Origin: Haplodiscus bocki
Lineage: Eukaryota
DNA: 64,000 nucleotides
Direction of reading: 5' to 3'
Assembly (NCBI GenBank): GCA_965655095.1
Contig: OZ296659.1
Span: 8,742,001-8,806,000 of the forward strand
Below are positions 38,401 to 49,789 of the stretch, piece after piece (the first letter of the stretch is position 1; each line of letters starts with the position of its first letter). Below the pieces are notes generated by a model. The model did not search any database. It was not told the origin of the DNA and worked only from the letters and a program-made list of their open reading frames with translations. The position numbers and the translations under genes were made by a program.

Positions 38401-40684
38401 TTTTCACTGGCTGCCTAATTTCTCACAAATTGCAGGTGTATCCCAGCTTTTGTACCGATTTCTTATCGAACTCCTGAGACAGCATTACTTCTGCCACGGC
38501 ACATCTTAGCCGCAATCGAATGGCATATGTTGTTCTACTCCTTTTGAGTGATCTGAAATTTCGTCCGCCTTTTTTGTCTGATATTTCTTTTGCTCGCTAC
38601 TTTTTCGATCGGTCAAGAGGTAGAAGAGATTTGGAGACACACATCTCCCTCCTTGCGCTAGGTTGACTCGGAACGATGCTACTGTGGACTCTTCTAGACC
38701 GTGAAGGCCAGTACCAGTTAATTTCTCTGCCAGCTCCCTGACTTTGAATTTCTTTTCTGTGCAGATCACTGGTCGTTCTACTCTTACAACGCAAGGGCGT
38801 TGCCACTGGTTTCCTTTGGATACTCGAAAAACACTTTGGACAGTCATGCAACACTCTCGGCATGCAGCAAACTTTTGGTGTCTTTAATGGCAGTTATTTG
38901 TAGGGGTACTACAGCAACAAGAAGCAGTTAAATACGTTGAACAGACGCTTTCAAGTCGACTGAGGAAACTTGGGATACCCCAATCTTGTAGTTGAACCGC
39001 CCCACGTCTTCTACACTTTTTTCTTCTGCTTGAATCGACCTGATGACACTCTCGAACTTTTCAATCGTGGGTACTTGTTTATCGGCCCAGAGAAATTTTC
39101 CATCCTTCTGGGAAAAACAATTCCAGTCGCTCCGCCCACATAATTTTCTTTTCCCAACTGTTGGTGACAGTCTCATCCATTTCACTTTGTACCATAATGT
39201 AGATAGCATGATATAGAAGGGACTCCATAATGATTCTGCAGATGATTTTTTTGGTCAGTGCCCTATGGCATTTGATCTCTCGCCTATTTTATGAGAGCCC
39301 CATTTGACACAACAGATGCCCTCAGTTGTCATCTATTAGTTTTGTTTATATGACTCTTTTTTCGGACGTTCTAAGGACTGACGACTTACTATCCGTCCTT
39401 CAGTCTTTTCCTGCGTTTCTTGTTTCCTTAGATCAGGTGTAGTTTGCTCTCAGGTCCTCTCATTTCATTTTTACGATGCTCGGTAAATCGGTATTGACCA
39501 TTCCTTTCCAATTGACTTCCTCAAAAGACAGCATAACTAACCATATCGTTGGTGTTCAACATGTTGAGGAAGGAAACCTTACGATGAACCTCCCTGATTG
39601 GCGAAGTTCTTGTGTTCGTTGGAGCAGAACCTCAGTGGTGTGAGTTCGTCACTTTTAAACACTCGAGCGATTTCACGGCTCGCCGATCTCATGGCTCACG
39701 TGGATTCAGTTAGCTCCAATTCAGTTAGTTAAAGAAGGAACTCCTCACGAACTTTACGCAAATCCAATGTTCTTTCATGTTTTGACAATTTGTCCTACGC
39801 TGATTTGATTTCAGACTTATACTCATTGAACGCCGAGTTTATTCAAAGTATCTGCTTTCTTTTCAAACAGTTTTCCTAATAATATAATACATAACTTTGA
39901 ACTTCAAGTTTTTCTCCAACGCCCAAAAGGGACAATGAAGTGTCATAGTTACACTTGTGCTGACTCTGTCCTGTTCCTTCTTATGTGTTTTAGGACTTTC
40001 CATTCGGAGAAGTAAAATTTTATCCAGAAACGTGAAAACAAAAAAACGCTCCTTGAAATTCTCAATTTTTGCTCAGACAAGCTACTAGCAAAAGTTCTGA
40101 CACAGTAAGTAACGTAGCAACACATTTTTCACTACCTGAAATACACTCATATGAGCTACAGGTTGCGAAATTTTTTTCAGTTCGCCATTTCAAGTATTCA
40201 ATTAGGCATTACGGAAACTGCGGAATGATCCGATATGATCGTTGACTGGTGATCACGGCACAAAAACTGTGAGTACAAGGGCTGCAACTTTCTTTTTTGA
40301 GGCTGAAAGACTCGGGGTTTTATCTTAGACTGTTGCAAGACTGTTGCAAATTTGCAGAACTTTTTGCGTTACATCTTCTGATGTTTTTCGTTTTTTTCCA
40401 GCTAAAGTCAATCGGCTACTTCTTGACATTTTGTTTCTTGAATGTCTGCACCAAAATTTTCTAAGCAAACACGACCTTTTCTAGAAAAAATCTGATTATC
40501 GGGTTTAAATGTCCCAGCTTGTTTACTCTTTTGTTACATCTTCAAACTTTGAAACCAGCGCTGAACAAGTTTACTTACAAAATACTTTCAATATTCACAA
40601 ATCTTTCCGTTGACATAGTATGTTGCTTTTGTTTTTACTAGCTGAAACAACTTTGAAACTCCAAAAGCATTGAACCCTGCCACC

Positions 40685-43010
40685 ATGCTGCTGATTCTCG
40701 GTCTTCTTCTGCTCCTGCTTCACTCCTGCTTCAGCTCGAAATAACTGGGCTTCCAACATTGAAGCTTCTGAGCCGGACGACGTAACCGAAATGGGGTTTT
40801 GTTTAATGAGATCAAAAAATCTTTGACTGAAAAGTTTTTTCGATTGGAATTTATTGTACCGTTTCTGACCTTCGCCTTTACCATGAAATCGTATCTCGAA
40901 CAAATGTTTAATCAGCTGTTGATCATATGAGAAAGTATGCTTCTTTTTGGCCGTTTTAGTTTGCAAACCAATTCACGACTAATAAATGTTGCTTTAAGGT
41001 AAATTGGAAGGTGCATCAAATTGACCATGAAATTATTGAAAAGCGCAAAAGAACCTGCAAATTATCAGTAACCAAAATCCTGTGTTCCTCTCGCCACCCA
41101 AGCCTACAGAACCAAACAGCCAAAGACGCGGCGCAGTTTTTGCTCTTGCTGCCCTCGCCGCCGTAGGACTTTTCGGAGGAGGACTTGCTGTTGGCGGAGC
41201 CCATGAGTGTTGTTTGCATTGTATTTGTGGCCATTGCCAACAAAATGGAAGGCGAATGCCGAAAATACCCGTAGTCTTGCCTATGTCACTGACTTTGCTA
41301 CTATCACCGAAGAAAGGATTCACATGGTGGAAAATGAACTGTCGGCTTTGAACGCTATTCTTGGCGGAATAACTGCGACACTAGGTAAAACTGGATCTTT
41401 CTTCAGGAGCAGCTAAACGTTTACGAGCAAAGTTGTCATATTCTTCGTGACTGCGACCAACCTCTTGCAAATCAACGACTTAAATTCAAATTTGATACCG
41501 TTTCTTTGCTTGCGATGATTCATCTTAGCGTTTAGAGCTACCGATCAGCTTTGTTCGCTTTCCGCATGAACGTTTGAAATTCTGTTCCTGTTTTGCTTCA
41601 AGGAATTTCGTCGATTTTGCTTGTTCCTAGGGATTCGTTTCGGCTGATCTTGGATAGTGTCAGTTCACAAGAATCAGAAGCTGTGGATTGGCTATTTTAA
41701 CTATTCCAACCAGCGATCTTCGGTTCTTTTTTGACTCTCGTTTGCTCGATAATGCTATTACGGTCTCAGAAGGACTCTTGTTGACCCTCAACATACCGCA
41801 TGCTTCACGGAAGACCGTTTTCACACTTTTCGAAGCAGACTTATTCCTATGCTTCTTCCAGACGACCGTCAGTGTGCTCTTGCATGGAACATTGAAGCTC
41901 CATATTTAGTTTTGTCTGGAAGTAACTTATAGTCGTCAATCTTATCTGCTGAACATTTAGAGCACTGCCTCGTTCCTTTAAGTATCGAATTTGCTCTCAA
42001 ACTCTTGAACCGAGATAGGACATTCTTGTTGCGTCGCTACTTTATATTTCTTCAATACTCTTGATGCTTCAGCTGTTTGTGAAACGTCTTTTAATAACGT
42101 TACCTTTTAATGAACAGGCTGCGACTTTAGGTTTTGGAATTTGGTTCATCAGATGCGCCCCAGTTCATTTCACTTCGTCAACCGTCAACGTTGATGCCAT
42201 CGACGACTTCACCATCGTTTTCGGGTTGTAACATTGCATTTTTACTAATTCGTCTGGCATGCAAATCCACATTGTTAATGTCATCATAAAGTTCGACCTT
42301 ACATCTTGTCATGTAGCTGCAAATAAGTTTCGTTTGTCTCTGGCGGATCCACTTCAATCAATAATCGTGCAAGTCTTCCTTTAGCAAACCTACCGTCATA
42401 GACCTCCAAAGCAGGAGGAGTGACTTCTCGGAGCCGTGAGAAAAGTTCTGATCAGCAGCCCGAACGTTGGCCAAGTCAGTCAGTCTGTGGAGATAGCACG
42501 TCTGTTCGCGCAGGACTTCAAATTTCTGAAACTTTTTTGTACTCGTTAATTGAATCAATATGTTACCTTCAAAGTATCATTCACCTTGAAATTGGTGGTT
42601 TTCAACGTCTCAGCAGTGCTGCATGTTGTTTTCATGTACCTTCATCACCGTTACAATCTTGCCGACCGTACAAACTGTCACATTGCATAAGAAGACTGCT
42701 ATCAAACCTGTGCTACAGCTTCCGGAAGGACACTCAACAACTAGCTGCTCTATCAATGGAGCTCTTTGACCCCGATGGCGTTTTGTTTCGCTTCCGCTCA
42801 GACGACCTAGTCTCGTAAAACAGCTGGAATCAACGCGTTCGAATAAACCTAGCACTGCCCTTGATCCGCTTTATTTGAATACACTTAAAGTCGAAGCTCA
42901 ACGAGGAAGCTCGACTCAATCAAATCATGAGTACACTGAGATACATCAACGTCATTTTGACCCTCTGAACCGGGTAACAGTCAAAGTACTGCCTCCCCCG
43001 CATGATTGAC
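40685..43010 (+). pseudogene. env: env: class I viral fusion glycoprotein remnant
   Basis: gccaccATG + signal peptide MLLILGLLLLLLHSCFS; basic site SQRR followed by fusion peptide GAVFALAALAAVGLFGGGLAVGG (41130-41198); heptad-like NAENTRSLAYV...MVENELSALNAIL; Cys-rich ectodomain; TM-like VSFTLKLVVFNVSAVLHVVFMYL (~42575-42645) then HHRY and a tail. Confidence 0.85.
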
Positions 43011-43283
43011 TTGACATCTCATCTTTTAATCATAAATATTCATCAATAAATGAAATATTGAATATTCTCAAATTTTTTGCTGTAAATTGTACGTAGTATT
43101 TTTCTGGCTCACTGCAATGACGAAGGCAACAATTTGGGGCTCGTGGAAAAAAGTACGTCACAGCACGATAACGGAAAACTTTGAGCAAACGGGTACTTGT
43201 GCTGGATTCCAATTTTCTTATTTATGGATAAACTTTTTTTACTTGTCGGGAATTCTTTTAACTTCTTTCTCAAAAATTAAAGT

Positions 43284-43462
43284 AAAAATGAGCCTTAGTA
43301 ACATGCTGTGAAGGGAGAAAATTATGTGTATTGCATGTTTGTTTTTTAACCAACCAAAATCCAGGTTTGTGACCATGCTCCGGATTGCTTGTCCGCTCGC
43401 TAAAAAGATCTTCTTTGGAAAATTCTAAACAATCAGGATCACAAAAAGATGTATTTTAGTTT
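43284..43462 (+). repeat. 3' LTR (recognisable part)
   Basis: Direct repeat of 31722-31896. Confidence 0.8.
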
Positions 43463-43589
43463 TTTTACGAAAGACCTCAGTGTTGGATAAGCATAACAAG
43501 AAAATCAATCCGTTTCTCCTTTGGTGGTCCCAAGATTTTGTAAGGAACAAGCTTTTGAAGGTTCAATTTCACAGCCCCGGAGAACCTAA

Positions 43590-43980
43590 ACTTTTCGTGA
43601 GAAATGACTTACTCCAAACCAAACCCTAGTCCTTCGGTAGTAGATTAGTTTCCACAATGAGTACTGATTTCTTGTGAAGATGCGAAGCTTTGTGGTTTTG
43701 AGAGTTTGCGAAAAGCCCGAAGTTTATTGGGCCATAGCAGGTTCCGATCGTGTCATTCATAAAATGACGCCGTCGAATTGTAACTAGTCTCGAATGTTCT
43801 GCCAACTGAGTTGTGTCCGCTGCTGTATTGACCTTGCAGCAAATTATAGAGCAATATTTCTGCTATATCGTTTCGTACGTGTTAAGTTCGTACATAAAAA
43901 TATTGGAACAGACTGGTTTTGAAATTTATTTTTTCTTGACTCAATAAGTAGAACTCGTAGTTAGCGTGGACCCGTCAAAA
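43590..43980 (-). mobile_element. Possible Penelope-like RT fragment
   Basis: PVCSNIFMYEL (cf. PxxANIFM) and RRRHFMNDTI (cf. WxRY(M/V)DDT) in one frame. Confidence 0.35.
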
Positions 43981-44477
43981 ATCTTTTATACTCGTTCGAT
44001 TTGTTCTCTAGTCTGTTGTCTGTGCACTTGTAATCCGGTGGCGCAAGTGTTATGAAGCGTTCTTTGCCTCTTGGAAATAATATAATCATTTTCGGGTCCA
44101 CTCTCTGTTAGCGAACGTCTTCGCGAGGCTGCACGAGTTGTGAGAGACTGCACGAGTTGTGAGAGAACTTTGAGATAGAAAACTATTCCAAACAAAACAT
44201 GAATTCCCCTTGAAATGTTTTGAGCTTTATGGGCAGCGCTGACCCCAGTCATTGTAGTCTTGTTGACTTTTTCCTTCTCAGCGCGAAGTGTAACGTCCCG
44301 AAGTCGTTCAACGGATCATTTTTTGCCTGTACTTTACTGGAAACGTTCAATTCATCAATTTCATTCAATTTTGTGGTAAATATGTTTCCTAGTTGGTTAA
44401 TTGTTGAGCAGCAACATTGTTACCTATATTCGTTTAGAGGAGAAATGACGATGGTTTTGAATATTGTTTAATATGTT

Positions 44478-44810
44478 TTTCCGTCGAAAAAAATTTCGAA
44501 AGGAAATTATTTAATTCAGTTGTTTTTTCCCTTTTCCTGATTTTGCCCATGACGTGCAGAATCATCTGCAGAGTTGTTGGTGTCTTGTATAATACTTCTG
44601 TAGGGTGTCACCGCGGTTGTGAAGCCAGAGGTGGCCAGTTCGAATCCCGCTGTCGACCCTAATTTTTGCATATTTTCAGATACTCATTAACACATTCCTA
44701 TTTTCTAAAACAAAAAACAGGGTTTTTTCGACCGAATGTAGGGTTTGTTGAAAAAGGGGCTTTTCTCAAAAATTATCCGTTTTATTACGTAACTGAACGT
44801 TTTTTTCTGA
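44478..44810 (+). repeat. tRNA-segment-containing interspersed repeat (family of 22740-23205)
   Basis: ttttccgtcgaaaaaaa...cccatgacg...agttcgaatcccgc...cagggttttttcgac. Confidence 0.75.
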
Positions 44811-44992
44811 ATAGTTTTCAAAAAATTGTATCGTGAAGTTGTCATCAACTGGACGTTTTATGGATTTTTCATGAAACTCTTTCTGACGAAGATTGTTTGC
44901 TATTGAAAGTTGTCATGCGCAAAAACTTAAAATTCAAAAACTTACCTTCTAGTCATCGTGGACTGAAGTGCCAGCCAGCATTGTATTTCTTA

Positions 44993-45300
44993 TTTTCCGT
45001 CGAAAAAAATTGCGGAATCAAATTATTGAAATCAGTAGTCGGAGTTTCTTCCTTTTCCTGAAACTGCCCATGACGCGAAGGCTTCTCGTGTCCGCAGAAT
45101 CGTTCGCGGCTTGCATAATACACCTGTGGGGAGTCACTGCGATTGGGGAACCAAAGTAGTGGGTTCGAATTCCTGTATGGGCCATTTTTTCCTTGCTCTC
45201 AGATATTCGTTAACTCACTTATATTTTACTACCAAAAAAACGGAGTATTTTCGAAAAAATTTAAGTTTTTCGATAATTGAGCTCTTTTTCTCGAAATTTT
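44993..45300 (+). repeat. Second, tandem copy of the same repeat family
   Basis: ttttccgtcgaaaaaa...ccttttcctga..cccatgacg...gggttcgaattcc. Confidence 0.7.
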
Positions 45301-45309
45301 TCTCCTTGG

Positions 45310-46330
45310 ATCAAAATCTTCATAGTCCGAAATTTCCAAAAGAGGCGTTTAACACTGATTCATCCCCGAATTCAATTTTTTTCTCCCTAACTACAGGCTC
45401 GATTTCTAGCATGAAAATCTCAATCGAAAATTTTCAACTTGTGGCAAAATAATTCATTGAAAAATTGTCGATTTTGAACGCTGCATCAGAGCCGTGATTG
45501 TCCAAAGGTTCCAGAAAGCGCTTTTATATCGATTCACCCCGATTATCGAACTCTTGTTTTCCTCTGTAACTAGAGGTTTATTTTCTTTCAAGAAAATCTC
45601 TAAACTTTTGCAGGTGTATTCAATTGAAAAATCATTCTTTTTGTTCCTTGCCTCAGACTTCTGATAGTCCGAAGATTCCAACTGTGCTAATATTTTTGAT
45701 TCATTTCCATATTCAAAATCTCTTTTCTCAGTAAATATCAGCTTTCATAAAGGTTTCAATTGAACGATATACACATATGGAGGAGAATCCTCTTGTAGTC
45801 CGAATATACCAAAATATGCTATGAATTCTTGTATCAATGTCTGAATTGACATTGATATATTTTTCGCGGTATCTTTTATGGAACAATCTCTGATTGTGTC
45901 CCTTCGATTGGAAACTCGATGGTTTGAAAATGCAGAAAGGTCCATTTGATTTTCATTTTTCGTCGATCTTCAAACTCAGAATTCTCTAAAGTTACCGGCT
46001 TGAATCCTTCCGACAAGGTAACCGTCGAGACGTTCTTGTCAAAAACGGTTTTTTGGAATTGATATGGTTTGTGTTAGATCAAAGTTTTGCGCCACATTGA
46101 CGGAAAATATCGCAGTGCGACTGCGCTTTTTGTTTGAATGATCAAATAAAAAACAATAGAATTGAGCGATGACATCAAATTCGGAAAAGAAACTTAATTA
46201 AGATTTATTCTGTTGTTTGGCCACATAATTGCATCAAGAGATGTTCGATCCCTGATTTTTTCCCCCGGATTTTTTTTTCGGACAAACTACCGGTTGATAG
46301 CCGGTATAGTAGTTCTAAAAATGTCACTTT
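45310..46330 (+). pseudogene. Decayed LRR gene, paralogous to 20850-22550
   Basis: FFSLTTGSISSMKISIENFQLV and FSSVTRGLFSFKKISK match FSVTRGLISIMKVTISNLSL of the 22-kb copy; shared nucleotide run tgtaactagaggttt(a) / aaacctctagttac. Confidence 0.55.
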
Positions 46331-46778
46331 TGTGTTCAAAGTTTCTGGTTTCAAAACCTTTATGCATAAGGGAGAGGGGCAGGGTATCACGATTTTTCGC
46401 CGAAAACTTTTTAGTGTCGGAGAACCTCGTAAGTCGGACCCTTTGATGTTTTTGACAATTTGCCGGTGCATTTTACTGTACTAGCAGGATTTAAAATAAA
46501 GCCATTGAAAGAATTAGAGGAAAATGTAGACAATTCGTTGTGATCTTGGATAAACAAAGTGATCACAAGGGTTGGCTTTTTTACTCAAGTAAGGCGCCGA
46601 CTAAATAAGCCTTTTAAGAAATGAAAATGAACACCACTGATTCTGGTTGAGCATTTTTAGTCGGCGATCTGCTGCAGTAAAAAAAGTCAAGCGTACAAAC
46701 ACTCGTTTTTTTTGCTACTGCTAAAAGGCCGAAATCTTTGATGAAGCTGCAACTTGGAAACTACCGTTGATCTAGAGA

Positions 46779-46880
46779 GTCCCAGTGGTGTAGCAGGTGG
46801 GACGAAAGGATTTTAATCCTAAATACAGGTTCGAGATTAGGTAGATCCAGAATTTTTTCAGCGGACTCGCTCTTGAACCC
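46779..46880 (+). repeat. tRNA-derived SINE-like fragment
   Basis: A-box-like TGGTGTAGCAGG and B-box-like GGTTCGAGATT; stems degenerate. Confidence 0.45.
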
Positions 46881-47350
46881 TCATTTGTTATCATGCACCC
46901 TTATATTTTTTAGAGGTACGGGTAGTAACCTCAGACAAGACTTTTAGTGTTCATCTAGACAGAGTTTTTTGTCGGAAATTTTACAGGTGTGCCGAATTTT
47001 GACATGGTACTGTTGTGCTTGTTCCTGTGATGGGCAGCATTGACCTGAGCATTTCGAGTTTTCTGCTTAACCAGGATGATAAAGCGCAAAATAAAACGAG
47101 CAGATTTATTTATTTATCTAATTTTGTTTCGCATCAAGTTTTTATTCAAGTAATGCAGTCATCTGTCCCGCTTTCTGTTTCGTACGCGCTCAACGCGTAC
47201 ATTTCTGTATTTAGATTCGGCATAGCATCTTGGGAATGATGAAAATGTTTTTAATCTGCACCGATTGCGGCGATCATCCCATATTTTGCTATTTTTTTTT
47301 CTTTTCAGGAAAATCGAATGTCTTGAATCTTTCATTCATTAACCTACAAA

Positions 47351-47809
47351 GTGGTGGCATTGAGTACAGAATTGATAGAATGTGCTATCTGCAATGAATC
47401 ACTGGTGGACCCGAGACCTTTACCTTGTGGCCACTGTTACTGCGGACCGCCTCGGCCTTGCTTGACTTCAATGGCCAGTACCGCAGGGGTGTTACGCTGC
47501 GCAGTTTGTCGAGTGGGTCATGACTTGAAACCTGAAGACATCAAACCTTTGTATGGAATACGTGACTGCTTTCAGAGCAGCAGTGGTGTGCAAACTATGA
47601 AAGGCCCTCATCTTCCTTGTAAATTACATTCCAAAAATGAGTATACAATGTTTTGCAATCGATGCTTGGTCATGATATGTGACAGTTGCATTGATGAAGA
47701 ACATGATGGACATCCAATGAGGAAATTGAAGAAGTACCTGATGGAAATTCTGGAAAGCAATTTCGGAAAGCCTTTTATGGAGGGCATCGTGGAGTATCGT
47801 GAAAAGTAA
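47351..47809 (+). CDS. TRIM-like RING (C3HC4) + B-box 2 protein; truncated, spliced or recently pseudogenised
   Basis: CAIC...PCGHCYC...C...CAVC RING and CKLH...MFCNRCLVMICDSC...HDGH B-box in an uninterrupted 152-codon frame; strong acceptor tttttcttttcag ending 47308; no in-frame ATG before the RING after the TGA at 47324. Confidence 0.8.
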   Translation: MVALSTELIECAICNESLVDPRPLPCGHCYCGPPRPCLTSMASTAGVLRCAVCRVGHDLKPEDIKPLYGIRDCFQSSSGVQTMKGPHLPCKLHSKNEYTMFCNRCLVMICDSCIDEEHDGHPMRKLKKYLMEILESNFGKPFMEGIVEYREK

Positions 47810-48189
47810 TCCCTTTGGGTAACCATGAGTTAGAAATGTCGGAGGCTAACCTTGGTAGCTGCAAATACCAAGACGTTGCAACCACGCTGACCTATGTTGC
47901 TGCTTAACGGGTGGTTAACTTCATGTTTTGCTTTTTAATCGTTTCACTTTCAACGCTTGCAATTGCGCTCGCGATACTCCAGTAGTCTCAGTCTTGCATC
48001 AAGATTGTGAACCTACCTAACAGTTACTGATTCTATTCTTTTTTAATAAACCAGGTGTCCATTTATTTCCATAAATTGCCATTCTTTATTTTTGAGTCTC
48101 CGAGTGAACCAAAGATGTCTCTATGGCATGAGTGTGTGCTTAAGGCGCTTGTTTTTTTGAGGCTTCGTGATAAAGGAGCGACGCGAGTA

Positions 48190-48320
48190 GTTTGTTTTTA
48201 TAAGACACTGGCAAATTAACGGGAAGGGGGGTGGTGATGAAAAAAATTTTGCCGCACCCGGATTCGAATCCGTTGTCCAGAAGTCCTATCCAGACTGCCA
48301 ACGGACCATAATAGTTCGCC
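48190..48320 (-). repeat. tRNA-derived SINE-like repeat (family with 60565-60715)
   Basis: Reverse complement matches gca.aaattttttcatcacc...ttgccag.gtc.t.taaaaacaaacta at 60.65 kb; B-box-like GGATTCGAATCC. Confidence 0.65.
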
Positions 48321-49214
48321 ATTGAAGTTGATCATTTTTGTTAACTTTCTGAACAATCATTTCTTGAGTTACATTGACAGAAAGGCAGTTTGTAACAGTT
48401 CGAGTTTTCGTGGCCATTATTTTAACTCTTGCCCTGGTATTTTGTAGTGTTTTTTGGGACCATAGTTGTTACATCGTGTCAATCATTCTTTCAACGACTT
48501 TTCGAGTACATACTTTGGCTGTTCCAACAAATATGAAGGTTATTTTTTGAACGAGGGAATCTGTTTCTCTTCAGAAGATGCCGAAGGTTCTGTTTGTATT
48601 TCAAAAGGAGTTTACGGAAGAAAAAGATGTGACAAGTACATGTGGGTACAGTTGAGAATGATTTTTGAGTTCTATATCGAATGCTCTGTGGAACAACTGC
48701 AGAGGTTCGAAAAGAAACAACTACTTTTCCGACAAATTTACAGCAGAAACCACAGAATGAAATTTATATGTTCCAGCTTGATCTTATCATATGTTTTTGA
48801 AAGAACGTGGTTACTTCAACATCAAGCAGAGAGAAGTCCCACATAAATCTCATTTGTTCAAGAAATTCAAATTTTACCGCTTATCTTGAAATGTTTACGA
48901 ATCAAATCGATTAGTTTTTCAACACAGCAACGAATTTGACAAAGTTGCATTGCCATGCAAACACACCTTCCTGGGGGATTTCGCTAGACTTCATTGCTGA
49001 ATCAATTTCTCATCTCCACGTATTCTCAAATAGGCGTCATGTCTCTGCTCATTCTCGACTGATTGTGACTTTCTAGAATTAAAATTGTCTCAGTGACCGT
49101 TATACATTGTCAGAGAAAAGAAAGCGAATGCACTATGCTTTTACTTTGACACTACCATTCTGATACAATTGGTTGTCCTCTTGGGTATAAATAGGACTTT
49201 TGATTTCAGCATTC

Positions 49215-49740
49215 ATGCAACATCGAACATAGTTTTGCTTCCATTGGTCTCATTTATGCAATGCTTGCCTCGCCTTCAACTTCTTACCCACCTATGGGCA
49301 AAACTTACTACTTTTACAAAGAATTTCAGCCTCTTTTCGAAGAAATAGCGGTAAGGTTGGATTTTGAATTTTCTACCTGCTTGGACTTTCAAATGATTGA
49401 AAAACTAGAAAACTGTCTACTTCTAAATGATGATTCTTGCGATGAACTTTTTTAGGAGGGAAAATTTGTCAAAATTGCAGTTGCCAGCCGTCATAAAAAA
49501 TAGATTGCATTACTGTCAAACCCATATTGTTGGGTTCAAATCACCACGCGATGCTCAGCATGTTGTTCACCTTGAACGACAGTTAAACAAAAGACACTTT
49601 TTTAGAGGTTGCTACTAGAAAGCCACATCATAACCTTTTGGTCGTTTTCTCATCGACTTTGATCCAAAGACATGCGAGTGTTTACGTTACTCCAGATATA
49701 GTTGACCCTCAAACAACTATGTTTTATCCTCGACCATCGC
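49215..49740 (+). pseudogene. A32/FtsK-HerA packaging ATPase remnant
   Basis: YYFYKEFQPLF, Walker B CLLLNDDSC, KIAVASRH (Arg finger), HIVGFKSPRD, FLIDFDPKT; Walker A not recognisable. Confidence 0.85.
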
Positions 49741-49789
49741 TCGCAAAACCCATTTGTCAAATGACAGGGAAAAAACTGCATGTACTCAA

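Larger units (their letters stand above)
31722..43462 (+). mobile_element. Env-bearing Ty3/Gypsy LTR retrotransposon (endogenous retrovirus-like), decayed
   Basis: Direct terminal repeats, PBS, then gag - RT - RNase H - integrase (Gypsy order) - accessory region - env; boundaries approximate and no TSD recognised. Confidence 0.9.

Noticed and set aside
43309-43321. Polypurine tract marking the 3' LTR start
   Set aside because: A similar purine run (gaagagagaac) occurs at the equivalent place in the 5' repeat, so it is inside the LTR rather than the PPT.
43850-43975. PIWI-like NYEFYLLSQ fragment on the minus strand
   Set aside because: A single short match without the downstream PIWI motifs; another frame fits RT motifs better.
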